Below, one piece after another: positions 18,524-27,775 of a stretch of DNA of 40,328 bases. A model generated the notes under the pieces. It made no database searches. It was not told the origin of the DNA and was given only the letters and a program-made list of their open reading frames with translations. The DNA is taken from assembly GCA_026397205.1 (NCBI GenBank), contig JAPLVH010000017.1, positions 1 through 40,328 on the forward strand, given 5' to 3'. Every line of letters begins with the position of its first letter. The stretch's first letter is position 1. This stretch comes from Candidatus Berkelbacteria bacterium (lineage in GTDB: Bacteria; Patescibacteriota; UBA1384; XYA2-FULL-43-10; CAINNR01). A program made the translations under genes and the position numbers.

Positions 18524-19090
18524 ATGATTTCCTATATCTGTGGAAAAGTTGTCTTGGAGAGAGCGAATTTTGTTGTCGTTGATGTTAATGGTATCGGTTA
18601 TAAAGTTTCGACAATCGCTAAAATTTCGCTCGATGATGGCAAAGAGATAAAACTTTTTTGCCATCAGCATTTGCGCGAAGATTGTTCCGATCTTTACGGA
18701 TTTTCCAGTTTTGAAGAATTAGAACTTTTCGAAAAATTAATTTCCGTTAACGGAGTCGGACCGAAAGCGGCGATGACAATAATGGGACTGGCGCCGGTGG
18801 AAAAAATCATTGAGTCAATCATTTCCGAAGACGCCAATTTTTTTCAATCGGCAAGCGGTGTTGGGGAAAAAGCATCAATCAAAATTATTGTTGACCTAAA
18901 ATCAAAAATTTCCGACCTGAAATATTCTGGCAATATTTCTGCAGGCATTAATCAGGATGTCTACGAAGGTTTGGAAACTTTGGGTTATAAAAAAGCCGAA
19001 ATCGACCAAATCATCGGAAAAATGCCGACCAATTTAGAGTCGTCGGAGGACAAAGTAAGGTGGTGTTTAAAAAATCTTTCGAAAGGATAA
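18524..19090 (+). CDS. ruvA: Holliday junction branch migration protein RuvA
   Basis: VDVNGIGY, LRED..LYGF, LISVNGVGPKAA, LETLGY. Confidence 0.95.
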   Translation: MISYICGKVVLERANFVVVDVNGIGYKVSTIAKISLDDGKEIKLFCHQHLREDCSDLYGFSSFEELELFEKLISVNGVGPKAAMTIMGLAPVEKIIESIISEDANFFQSASGVGEKASIKIIVDLKSKISDLKYSGNISAGINQDVYEGLETLGYKKAEIDQIIGKMPTNLESSEDKVRWCLKNLSKG

Positions 19091-19092
19091 AT

Positions 19093-20007
19093 ATGGCAGA
19101 GTCATTGGTAGAAAATCAAGATCAAGTTTGTCCGCAATGCGGTTCGCCAGCTTTTGCTGGTCATACACCCAGTTGCACGATCAATAAGTCTGAGCAAACA
19201 AACACAGAAAATAAAACTGAATTAATTTTGACCCCAGAGGTAGAACAAATGATAATGGATAAAGTCACGGATATCAACTGCAATGGAACAGCTTTTTCTT
19301 CAGTTAATAGGCATTCAAGTGAAAATGCATCAGAATATCTTTGTGATTTGTTTAAGTATGGTTTTTTGGGAAAAGACACCACTGGCCGTTCGGTTGATAC
19401 TGAAACCCGAATTAAAGAATTGCGCGAAGATATCAAACAAAGAAAATCTGAACACTCTTCTGTATGGTTTAATATTGTTGGCAGAATGAGAGATGTTCGA
19501 GGTAAACACCAGATTGCAGATGCTAGTATGGGTCTTGGTAAATTTAATATTATACTAAACATTTCAGATTTTGAAGAAATGTCCCAGGTAACACTTGATG
19601 ATATAAATCCAGCAGTCGATAGCAAACCTAGTCCGTCCAATACTTTTCGACCGGCTTATGGATCCGTCGGCACAATGAATGTTCCATATTACTTTAGTAT
19701 TTTAAAACAAAAAACTGGGAAAGATGAAGACAAAAGTTTGGAGCATAATAAATACAAAGTTTTTTCTGCTCAAGGTTTTCAGACACCTTATCGTATGTCG
19801 CCAAGAAGATTTCTGGGTGCAGTAGTCAATAATCCCAACGACGAAACTATCAATGAGGTTGTCATTACAATGGCGGAAGCTGACAATGAAAGACCAGAAA
19901 GATTGTTGCCAGTATATAATCTTTCTGGTGATCTTTTATGGCCGAGACAAATGACAAATAAGGAGTTGAAAAAATTTGTTTCTGAACGCGACAAAAACAA
20001 GAAGTAA
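19093..20007 (+). CDS. Hypothetical protein with N-terminal CxxC-H-C zinc knuckle, inserted between ruvA and ruvB
   Basis: 305 codons; CPQCGSPAFAGHTPSC; C-terminal SPRRFLGAVV ... LPVYNLSGDLLWP. Confidence 0.7.
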   Translation: MAESLVENQDQVCPQCGSPAFAGHTPSCTINKSEQTNTENKTELILTPEVEQMIMDKVTDINCNGTAFSSVNRHSSENASEYLCDLFKYGFLGKDTTGRSVDTETRIKELREDIKQRKSEHSSVWFNIVGRMRDVRGKHQIADASMGLGKFNIILNISDFEEMSQVTLDDINPAVDSKPSPSNTFRPAYGSVGTMNVPYYFSILKQKTGKDEDKSLEHNKYKVFSAQGFQTPYRMSPRRFLGAVVNNPNDETINEVVITMAEADNERPERLLPVYNLSGDLLWPRQMTNKELKKFVSERDKNKK

Positions 20008-20019
20008 TTTTATTTAATT

Positions 20020-21045
20020 ATGGTAAAAAACGAAGCAAAAAATATTGTCAACTCCGAAGTCGCTGAGGAGGATATCGAGCTTGATAATTCTTTGCGGCCG
20101 AAAAAACTTGGCGATTATGTCGGCCAAAAATCGATCAAGGAAAATTTGTCGGTTTTTATTGAAGCGGCGAAACGCCGTGGCGAGCCGATTGAGCATATAC
20201 TACTATATGGGCCGCCGGGGTTGGGGAAAACGACTCTGGCTCACATTATCGCCACCGAAATGGGTTCGCAAATTCGGGTAACTTCTGGCACGGCGATCGA
20301 ACGCGCCGGCGATTTGGCGTCAATTCTCACCGGTTTAAATGACGGTGATATTTTGTTCGTCGACGAAATTCACAGATTAAACCGCAACATCGAGGAGGTT
20401 TTGTATCCGGCAATGGAGGATTTTGCCATTGACATGGTCCTCGGCAAAGGTCCATCGGCGAAAACTTTGCGACTTGATGTGCCAAAATTTACTTTAATTG
20501 GCGCGACAACAAAAATCGGATCGCTTTCTTCGCCACTTCGCGATCGGTTTGGAAATGTTTTTCGCTTGGAATATTATGACGACGCTGAGCTTGAGAAAAT
20601 TATCACCCGCTCGGCAAAAATTCTCGGTGTCAAGCACCGTGGTGACGGACTAAAAGAGATTGCCAAACGAGCACGAAAAACGCCGCGGGTTGCCAACCGG
20701 ATTTTGAAACGGGTTAGGGACTTTGCCGAGGTTCGCCATCAGGGTGAAATCAGCAAAGAGATTGCTGAATTGGCACTTCTGATGCTGGAAATTGACAATC
20801 TAGGATTGGATAAAACTGACAGGATGATTTTGGAAACGATCATTGATAAATTTTCCGGCGGACCGGTTGGACTTGATGCCTTGGCGGCGGCATCAAGTGA
20901 AGACCGCGACACAATTGAAGATGTCATCGAGCCGTATTTTTTGCGGCTTGGTTTTATTGATCGGACGCCGCGCGGCCGACTGGCAACACCGGGAGCATAT
21001 GAGCATTTGGGGAGGACAAAAGGAAACCAGAAGAAGCTTTTGTAA
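20020..21045 (+). CDS. ruvB: Holliday junction helicase RuvB
   Basis: [43 protein letters not shown]. Confidence 0.98.
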   Translation: MVKNEAKNIVNSEVAEEDIELDNSLRPKKLGDYVGQKSIKENLSVFIEAAKRRGEPIEHILLYGPPGLGKTTLAHIIATEMGSQIRVTSGTAIERAGDLASILTGLNDGDILFVDEIHRLNRNIEEVLYPAMEDFAIDMVLGKGPSAKTLRLDVPKFTLIGATTKIGSLSSPLRDRFGNVFRLEYYDDAELEKIITRSAKILGVKHRGDGLKEIAKRARKTPRVANRILKRVRDFAEVRHQGEISKEIAELALLMLEIDNLGLDKTDRMILETIIDKFSGGPVGLDALAAASSEDRDTIEDVIEPYFLRLGFIDRTPRGRLATPGAYEHLGRTKGNQKKLL

Positions 21046-21046
21046 A

Positions 21047-21171
21047 TGCAAAAATTAAATATCAAAAATCAAAATGACAGATAAAAAAGATATAAAAGGA
21101 ATAAAATCCCGGCACGAAGTGCCGACCAACATTTTGATTTTTGCATTTTGATCTTTGATCTAAATTTTTTT
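21047..21171 (+). repeat. Heptamer-arm element, copy 3
   Basis: CAAAAATCAAAATG (21063-21076) pairs perfectly with CATTTTGATTTTTG (21130-21143) around the core AATCC-CGGCAC-GAA-GTGCCG-ACCA. Confidence 0.88.
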
Positions 21172-21747
21172 ATGGCTAAAAAAATTTTACTCCACACTTG
21201 TTGTGTTTCTTGTTTAAGTTTCGTCCATAAAAAACTGGCAGAAAAAAATTTCGAGCCGGTGGTATTTTATTATAATCCGTCTGTTCAAGGTAAAATTGAA
21301 TATCTAAATCGCCTCAAAGATGTTGAACATTACTGCCAAAATGAAAAATTAGAAATAATAATTCCGGAGTATGATGAGCCGGAATTTTTTAAGCCGATCG
21401 AACCGTGGCAAGATCCGAAATCGCTAAAATTTGTCAATGACAAGAATCGTTTTCGCCGCAAACGTTGCGAATTTTGCTACGAACTTCGGCTTCGAAAAAC
21501 CGCTGAAGTAGCAAAAAGAAAAAAAATAAAATGCTTTTCAACCACACTTCTGGTTTCGCCATATCAGGATCACGAGTTTATTGACTACATCGCCAGTGAA
21601 ATCAGCAAAAATTTCGAAATCGAATTCATTTATGACGACTGGCGCAAAGGTTACTGGCAGGGGAGAAATTATGGCAGAACCCATAAATTTATGATACCAT
21701 CATACTGTGGCTGTGCATTTTCAGTCGCGGAAAGGATGCTGGAATAG
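21172..21747 (+). CDS. queH: Epoxyqueuosine reductase QueH
   Basis: LLHTCCxxC, FYYNP, RCEFCYELRL, FSTTLLVSPYQ, YCGCAFS. Confidence 0.88.
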   Translation: MAKKILLHTCCVSCLSFVHKKLAEKNFEPVVFYYNPSVQGKIEYLNRLKDVEHYCQNEKLEIIIPEYDEPEFFKPIEPWQDPKSLKFVNDKNRFRRKRCEFCYELRLRKTAEVAKRKKIKCFSTTLLVSPYQDHEFIDYIASEISKNFEIEFIYDDWRKGYWQGRNYGRTHKFMIPSYCGCAFSVAERMLE

Positions 21748-21748
21748 A

Positions 21749-21955
21749 ATGTTTTATCTTTTATTAGCATATATTATTTTCATCATCATTTTCGCCGTCT
21801 TTTCCGCGATTGGTATATATCATTTGTGGCGATTCGGTTATGTTGGCGATTTTACCAAGCCGGCAATTACGATTTATATCATCGTTTCGGTTTGCATTAT
21901 TTCTTTGACGATAATCGCCATCGCTTCAAGATCGTGGCCGGTAAATATTAGTTAA
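21749..21955 (+). CDS. Small two-TM membrane protein
   Basis: 68 aa, two hydrophobic helices around HLWRFGYVGD. Confidence 0.7.
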   Translation: MFYLLLAYIIFIIIFAVFSAIGIYHLWRFGYVGDFTKPAITIYIIVSVCIISLTIIAIASRSWPVNIS

Positions 21956-22066
21956 AAACTTAAAACGAAAAACTAAAAACTACAACTGAAAACTAAAAAC
22001 TTTTAAAATCCCGGCACGGAGTGCCGACCAGAGTTTTGAGTTTTTCGATTTGAGCTTTAAGTTTCT
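21954..22066 (+). repeat. Heptamer-arm element, copy 4 (AAAAACT-type arms)
   Basis: AAAAACT repeats, core AATCC-CGGCAC-GGA-GTGCCG-ACCA (22007-22030), AGTTTT-type right arm. Confidence 0.85.
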
Positions 22067-22069
22067 CCC

Positions 22070-23008
22070 ATGCCCCCAATCCCCGGAAAATTTTTCCCGA
22101 CTCAAATATCAGGTGAAAAAGTTTTTCTTTTAATCCGTCGCCACTGGATATATTTTGTTATTCTGGCATTGATTTTATCAATTTTGCTGGTCCCACTTGT
22201 CATCCTTTTGGTTTTTTGGCTTACAAATCCCTCGGAGTTTTCCGGTCCAATCGGTAATTTGTTGATTGTCTTTGCTGGTATATACGGTTTGACTTTGTGG
22301 GGCATGGGACTTTACGGTTTCGTCAACTACTATCTTGATGTTTACATTGTCACCAACGAGCGAATTGTTGATATTCGCCAAAACGGTTTTTTCAAGCGCG
22401 ATATCGCCGAACTTCACCTGCGCCAGGTTCAGGATGTTGATGCCAAAGTTGAGGGTATTCTACAAACCTTGCTCCATTTTGGAAATATTTATATCCAGAC
22501 TGCCGGAGAGCGCGAAAATTTCGTTTTTGAAGATGTCGCCAACCCCTACACTTTGGCGAAAAGAATCATCGAGCTAAACGAGGACCAAATTGAGGCCGGA
22601 AATCCCGGTGGTGACAATGATGATAATGGACCACAAACCAAGACGAATTTAGCAAATGTTGATGATTATCGGCCGGAGGATTACTATAAGGATTCGCCTA
22701 GTTTTGATGTTCGGCCAATACCGCGAAAATCAAAAAGTCAATTATCGGACCATCAAATCCCCAATACCGAGCCGGTTTCCGAGAAGGAGATTGAGGAACA
22801 TGATGGCGGAATAAAATATCTGGAAGAGAACTATTCGCCGAAAAATGAAGCCGATTTCGAGAGCCAGATTGGTGACAATCCGGCAGTAAATTCTGATGAT
22901 ACAATGTCATCGAATATACCATCGGTGGGAAATATCGCTCCAGAAAAGACAAATCCACAGGAATTTTCTGAGGGTGAGGAAGTAAAGCTTGATGATAAAA
23001 ATCAGTGA
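22070..23008 (+). CDS. Bacterial PH-domain (bPH_2-like) membrane protein with acidic disordered tail
   Basis: RRHW, two TMs, YIVTNERIVDI.Q.GFF, FGNIYIQTAGE. Confidence 0.8.
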   Translation: MPPIPGKFFPTQISGEKVFLLIRRHWIYFVILALILSILLVPLVILLVFWLTNPSEFSGPIGNLLIVFAGIYGLTLWGMGLYGFVNYYLDVYIVTNERIVDIRQNGFFKRDIAELHLRQVQDVDAKVEGILQTLLHFGNIYIQTAGERENFVFEDVANPYTLAKRIIELNEDQIEAGNPGGDNDDNGPQTKTNLANVDDYRPEDYYKDSPSFDVRPIPRKSKSQLSDHQIPNTEPVSEKEIEEHDGGIKYLEENYSPKNEADFESQIGDNPAVNSDDTMSSNIPSVGNIAPEKTNPQEFSEGEEVKLDDKNQ

Positions 23009-24167
23009 TTTTGACTATAATTTGCCAAAGGAACTGATTGCCCAAGTTCCGGTTAGTCCGCGAGACAACTCGCGGCTTTTGGTTTATGAAAGTTGTGATG
23101 ATGAAATTGCTGACGAGAAATTTTTCAATCTAGGAAATTTTTTACGTGCTGGTGATTTAGTCGTTGTCAATAATTCAAAAGTGATGTCGGCGAGGATATT
23201 TGGCGCCAAACTGTCGGGTGGAAAAATTGAAATTTTACTTTTGGAAAAAGTCGGCGATAATTGGTCAGCTTTGGTTGGTGGAAAAATTAATGTTGGCGAA
23301 AAAATTTTCCTTGAAGAAAATTTTTTCGCCAACATTAATTCAAAATCTGGCAAAGAAGCAGTCATCAAATTTAATCTATCCGGTGAGGATTTTTGGCAGA
23401 AAATAAATCAAATCGGAATTATGCCACTTCCACCCTACATAGAAAAAAAAATCAAAATTCAAAATTCAAAAATCATAATTAAGGAAGATTTTTTCCGAAA
23501 AGAATATCAAACAGTATATGCGAAAAATTTGGGCTCGGCGGCGGCTCCGACAGCCGGCTTGCATTTCACAGAAGAATTAATCAAAGAATTAGAATCCGCC
23601 GGCATTAATTTTGCCAGCGTTGACTTGCATGTCGGGCTTGGAACTTTTTTGCCGATCGATGAGGAAAATATTAAATCAAAAAAGCTTCATCGAGAAAATT
23701 TTTCGATTCCGGCAGAAACGATTGCCAAAATTATTGAAACCAAAAAATCCGGCGGTCGAATTATCGCCGTCGGCACGACAACCGTCCGGGCGCTGGAATC
23801 TTTTTGGAAAGATCAAAAATTAAAAATCAAAGATCAAAATGATAAATCAAAAATCAAAAAGGATTTTTCCGGGTCGACTGACATTTTTATCCATCCCGGA
23901 TTTGATTTCAAAATTGTCGACGGGCTTATCACCAATTTTCACTTGCCAAAGTCAAGCTTGATGATGCTGGTAGCGGCATTTATTCAATATAAAGTGCTTG
24001 GTCGCCATTTTGAGCGGGGAAAGCGAGTCGAAGAATCCTTAGAAATATCTCGCGAACAGATTATTGGCGCTAATTTTGGCCGGCAAAAACTCCTCGAACT
24101 CTATAATTTGGCCATCAAAAATCAATATCGTTTTTACTCCTTTGGCGACGCAATTCTGATAGTTTAA
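22992..24167 (+). CDS. queA: SAM:tRNA ribosyltransferase-isomerase QueA, with repeat-derived insertions
   Basis: DFDYNLPKELIAQ, MPLPPYI, YQTVYA, AAPTAGLHFT, LHVGLGTF, AVGTTTVRALE, TNFHLPKSSL, YRFYSFGDA. Confidence 0.96.
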   Translation: MIKISDFDYNLPKELIAQVPVSPRDNSRLLVYESCDDEIADEKFFNLGNFLRAGDLVVVNNSKVMSARIFGAKLSGGKIEILLLEKVGDNWSALVGGKINVGEKIFLEENFFANINSKSGKEAVIKFNLSGEDFWQKINQIGIMPLPPYIEKKIKIQNSKIIIKEDFFRKEYQTVYAKNLGSAAAPTAGLHFTEELIKELESAGINFASVDLHVGLGTFLPIDEENIKSKKLHRENFSIPAETIAKIIETKKSGGRIIAVGTTTVRALESFWKDQKLKIKDQNDKSKIKKDFSGSTDIFIHPGFDFKIVDGLITNFHLPKSSLMMLVAAFIQYKVLGRHFERGKRVEESLEISREQIIGANFGRQKLLELYNLAIKNQYRFYSFGDAILIV

Positions 24168-24203
24168 ATCACAAAAATTCCTTGAAAAAGTATTCAGTTA
24201 GAA

Positions 24204-24243
24204 TTTGTGTAATATACTTCCGATCGGAAGTATATTACACAAA
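24204..24243. repeat. Palindrome family 2, downstream copy
   Basis: TTTGTGTAATATACTTCCGA|TCGGAAGTATATTACACAAA; perfect 40 bp, no spacer. Confidence 0.96.
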
Positions 24244-24261
24244 AATAGAAACTTGGCTATG

Positions 24262-24852
24262 CTAAAGATCTTTTTTGTTCAGGGTTCTATTTTTCATAAA
24301 TTTGTAAATAATTTCTTTTTCGCCTTGGATAATTTCAGCAATAAAAATTGTCACAGATTTCTCAACACCAAGCGATTTCGATAGCGTAGATATTTCTTCT
24401 GTGCAGGGAAAAGGAAAAATGTAAACACTTTTTTGTATTTTTATAAATCCCAGATTTTTCAGTTTTAGCCGCAAACTATCTCTCGAACTACGAAGTTTTT
24501 CTTTAATGTCAAATATTACAATTCTCCACATTTTATCCCACTTTTCAGGCCGTGGAATTTCTATTTTTGACGAAAATTCTTTCAATTTTTTAAATCCTAT
24601 TGGAGAAATCTCAACAAACTTTTCCTTGTTTTCTATGACGATTTTAATTGCTCCGATTTTTTTTAAATATTGTATCCGGTCGTTGATTTTTGTTTTGTCG
24701 TATCGATCATCTGCAAGATATTTTCGAATCGGTTGGCGATAAATTCGGCTTGATTCAAAGAATGGCCTAGCTGTTTTTTCTGCCGCTTCTACCAGAGTCA
24801 TCAACAGTTTAATTGATGTCAATTTGATTATTTCTTTCTTTTCTTCTCTCAT
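24262..24852 (-). CDS. wHTH + PaaX-central/Cas2-like domain protein (paralog 2)
   Basis: PFFESSRIYRQ (cf. PFFQASRIYRQ in paralog 1), IQYLKKIGAI, RPEKWDKMWRIVIFDI, LKNLGFIKIQKSVYIFP. Confidence 0.85.
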   Translation of the reverse strand: MREEKKEIIKLTSIKLLMTLVEAAEKTARPFFESSRIYRQPIRKYLADDRYDKTKINDRIQYLKKIGAIKIVIENKEKFVEISPIGFKKLKEFSSKIEIPRPEKWDKMWRIVIFDIKEKLRSSRDSLRLKLKNLGFIKIQKSVYIFPFPCTEEISTLSKSLGVEKSVTIFIAEIIQGEKEIIYKFMKNRTLNKKDL

Positions 24853-24872
24853 TTTTAATCCTTTATTTAAAT

Positions 24873-24914
24873 ATTTATGTAATACACTTCCGATCGGAAG
24901 TGTATTACATAAAT
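24873..24914. repeat. Palindrome family 2, upstream copy
   Basis: ATTTATGTAATACACTTCCGA|TCGGAAGTGTATTACATAAAT; perfect 42 bp. Confidence 0.96.
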
Positions 24915-25051
24915 TATATCATAAACATATTTTGGCGAAGGATAAAACTATGAGCAAGCGCAAGAAATAAATCTACAGAAAATGTTTTAAAAATGATTTG
25001 TGGGAATGGATAATTTAATTGTTGGTTAAAAATTTTCCCTGAAAAGAATTG

Positions 25052-25082
<31 letters not shown>

Positions 25083-25170
25083 TGTAAGATAGAAACAGGA
25101 TTTTATAATGTCTAATTTCAAATTACAAATGTTAAATAAATATTTGAGAAATAATTAATTGGGAGGAAAA

Positions 25171-25635
25171 ATGGGAGTTGAACAAGGTGAAATTCATCCG
25201 ACACCGGATGAGCGGGAAGTTATTGACAAGCAATTGCCGGAAGGAAGCGCAATTAGAAGGTCTAGCGAATCGCGGATTGGATGGCGAGAAAAAATTGGCA
25301 ATGTCAGCCCTGAAAATATTAACCAAATAAGAGAATTGTCTTTTTCAGATTCCGGAGATAAAATTGCCAACGAACGCCACGAAACTTATCAAGGGACAAT
25401 TGATGGTCATAGTTATATCATCACTAAAGTCTTAGACGAAATCAACAAACAATATTTTCAAGCAGTAATTGATGGCAAAGAATTGAGTCAAAAGGATGCC
25501 GAAAGATTGTACCAATTGTTTGGCGATGTCAACAAAATGGCAAAAGATGAAACTAGTTGGGATGAACAAATGAAATTTGAGCAACAACAAGAAGAGACTC
25601 ATCAAATTGTTCAAGAACTTTTTTGTGAAAAATAA
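25171..25635 (+). CDS. Hypothetical acidic protein
   Basis: 154 aa, SD GGAGG, followed by a terminator. Confidence 0.7.
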   Translation: MGVEQGEIHPTPDEREVIDKQLPEGSAIRRSSESRIGWREKIGNVSPENINQIRELSFSDSGDKIANERHETYQGTIDGHSYIITKVLDEINKQYFQAVIDGKELSQKDAERLYQLFGDVNKMAKDETSWDEQMKFEQQQEETHQIVQELFCEK

Positions 25636-25651
25636 AATTTTAAGACAAAAT

Positions 25652-25685
25652 AAAAAAACCAGCGCTCAACCTGCTGGTTTTTTTT
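25652..25685. terminator. Intrinsic terminator (possibly bidirectional)
   Basis: A7-CCAGC-loop-GCTGG-T8. Confidence 0.75.
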
Positions 25686-25746
25686 GACAACTAAATATTT
25701 TTTTGGGAAAATGGGGATATATACTTTTTAGAATTTGTTCGAAGTT

Positions 25747-25768
25747 GTCCTTCGACAAGCTCAGGACA
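25747..25768. repeat. REP-like short repeat
   Basis: GTCCTTCGACAAGCTCAGGACA, a short imperfect hairpin of the CCTTCGACxxGCTCAGG type. Confidence 0.5.
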
Positions 25769-25808
25769 TTTTTTGTCGAAGAATATATTCGACAAAAAAT
25801 GGGGGAAA

Positions 25809-27422
25809 ATGGGGAGAGGAATTTCCAAAACACTTTTTGGATTTTCACTGGCGGTTTTCGCCGCTACAACAATTTTTTTGTTCTCGCCAAAAACTAAAGC
25901 CGCTGACGACCACATTGTAATCAATGAGATTTATCCGAATCAAATTTCCGATGACGTTGACACAGAATGGGCAGAAATTTTCGACCCAGATGATTCGGTT
26001 ATTGATCTAAATAGTTATACATTGGTGAAAATTACCGGAAGCGGAACGGAATACAAAAAACCATTATCGCCAGCATTGTGTCCTAAAGATGGTGAATATT
26101 ATGTTTGCGATTTAGGTGTTAATTGGCTGGCAAACAGCGGAGCAACTTTAGTATTAAGAAAAAATTTTATAGAAATTGATAGAGTTGCTTTTGGCTCATT
26201 GGCTGAAAATGCTCCGATTCCAAGTCAAGGTCAATCTATTTCCCGAATCCCAAATGGTCAAGACACTGGCAATGACGCAGCTGATTTTCAAATCGTTCCG
26301 ATAACTAGAGGTAGCGAAAATATTTTGCCGCCGCCAGTAGTATATTCCAGTAAAGTATATATTAATGAAATTTTGCCCCAGCCGGCGACCGGATCAGACG
26401 ATGAATTTATCGAGTTGATTAATTCCAGCGATGTTGATGTTGATCTTCTCGGCTGGCAACTTGATGCCGGAACTTTTGGGATTAGCACAATTATTAAATC
26501 CGGTGAATATCGCGTTTTTAAAAACCTGGAAATAAAAATTGGGCTGACTGATACTGGGGATATAACAAATTTAATTGATCCGGACGGCGAAATAAAATCA
26601 ACTGTTTCTTACGGAAAATCATTTCGTGGGCAAAGCTTCGCCAACTTTCTTGGCACTTGGCAGTGGACGACAACGCCGACGCCGGGCGAAGAGAATAAAT
26701 TAACCATCGAAACATCTACGCCCGATCAGGATCCGACGATTTCCCAAGTTGACATTGCGACGGCAAAAAAATTGCCCGATGATGAAAGCGTGATCGTCAG
26801 CGGTATTGTCAGCGCGCCACCGGGAAAACTTTCCAGTCAGTATTTTTATGTCCAAGACCAAACTGCCGGCATTCAAATTTACAATTACAACAAAGAATTT
26901 CCAGTGCTCTCGGCTGGCGATGAAGTCCAACTGACTGGTGTTTTGGCGACGACTGCCGGCGAGTGGCGAATCAAAACTTTCGCCGTTTCCGACATTCAAA
27001 TCATCCAAACTCATCCGCCACCGGCACCGGTAAAAACAACAATCGCCGACATCAATAATAATTTTGTCGGTCAGTATATATCAATTATTGGCACGGTGAC
27101 CAAGACATCCGGCAGCACTTTTTACATTCACGGCAGTGGAGAAATCGAAATAATAATTCGCGCCGGCACCGACATAACAAAACCGAAAATGCGTGTCGGT
27201 GACAAAGTTCAGGTTGCCGGAATTTTATCGCAATATAACGATACTTTCCGAATCTTGCCAATTGTTCAGAGTGATGTTAAAATAGTTGGGTCGGGTAAAT
27301 TGCCGGCGACCGGCGAAAATGTTTTTTTCAGCTTTTTCACAGCCCTAATTATCACAATCATAATATGGAATATACGACAAAAAGTCAGGCAGAGACGGAA
27401 AAATTGGCTAAAAAGCTATTAA
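25809..27422 (+). CDS. Surface protein with two lamin-tail domains, OB-folds and an LPXTG-like anchor
   Basis: VINEIYPN/YINEILPQ..EFIELIN, TPTPGEEN, FYVQDQTAGIQIY; C-terminal LPATG + TM + basic tail. Confidence 0.82.
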   Translation: MGRGISKTLFGFSLAVFAATTIFLFSPKTKAADDHIVINEIYPNQISDDVDTEWAEIFDPDDSVIDLNSYTLVKITGSGTEYKKPLSPALCPKDGEYYVCDLGVNWLANSGATLVLRKNFIEIDRVAFGSLAENAPIPSQGQSISRIPNGQDTGNDAADFQIVPITRGSENILPPPVVYSSKVYINEILPQPATGSDDEFIELINSSDVDVDLLGWQLDAGTFGISTIIKSGEYRVFKNLEIKIGLTDTGDITNLIDPDGEIKSTVSYGKSFRGQSFANFLGTWQWTTTPTPGEENKLTIETSTPDQDPTISQVDIATAKKLPDDESVIVSGIVSAPPGKLSSQYFYVQDQTAGIQIYNYNKEFPVLSAGDEVQLTGVLATTAGEWRIKTFAVSDIQIIQTHPPPAPVKTTIADINNNFVGQYISIIGTVTKTSGSTFYIHGSGEIEIIIRAGTDITKPKMRVGDKVQVAGILSQYNDTFRILPIVQSDVKIVGSGKLPATGENVFFSFFTALIITIIIWNIRQKVRQRRKNWLKSY

Positions 27423-27775
27423 GAGAAAATCCAGATATTAAATTATTTGGTCTTGTTGGCGACCTCGGCTCGGGCAAAACCGCATTTGTCAAAGAAGCGG
27501 CTAAGTTTTTTGGCATTAAAAAAAACATTACCAGCCCAACATTTGTCATTATGAAAATTTATCCGGCCGGCGACAAAAAGTTTGTTCACATTGATGCTTA
27601 TCGCTTATCGTCGGAAAAAGATATTGAGGCGATCGGATTCGCCGAGCTGGTTGATAATCGTCAAAATATCATATTTATCGAATGGCCGGAGAGAGTTTTT
27701 ACTAAATTTCCGGATGAGATGAAAATTATTAATTTTGAATACAAAAGCGAAAATGAGCGGAAAATCAATTTCTGA
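27365..27775 (+). CDS. tsaE: tRNA t6A biosynthesis ATPase TsaE
   Basis: GDLGSGKT, ITSPTF, HIDAYRL, IEWPE. Confidence 0.95.
   Translation: MEYTTKSQAETEKLAKKLLRENPDIKLFGLVGDLGSGKTAFVKEAAKFFGIKKNITSPTFVIMKIYPAGDKKFVHIDAYRLSSEKDIEAIGFAELVDNRQNIIFIEWPERVFTKFPDEMKIINFEYKSENERKINF

Noticed and set aside
6928-22030. GRA-loop hairpins as diversity-generating retroelement target signals
   Set aside because: No reverse transcriptase and no TR/VR pair differing at adenines; the adjacent genes are housekeeping.
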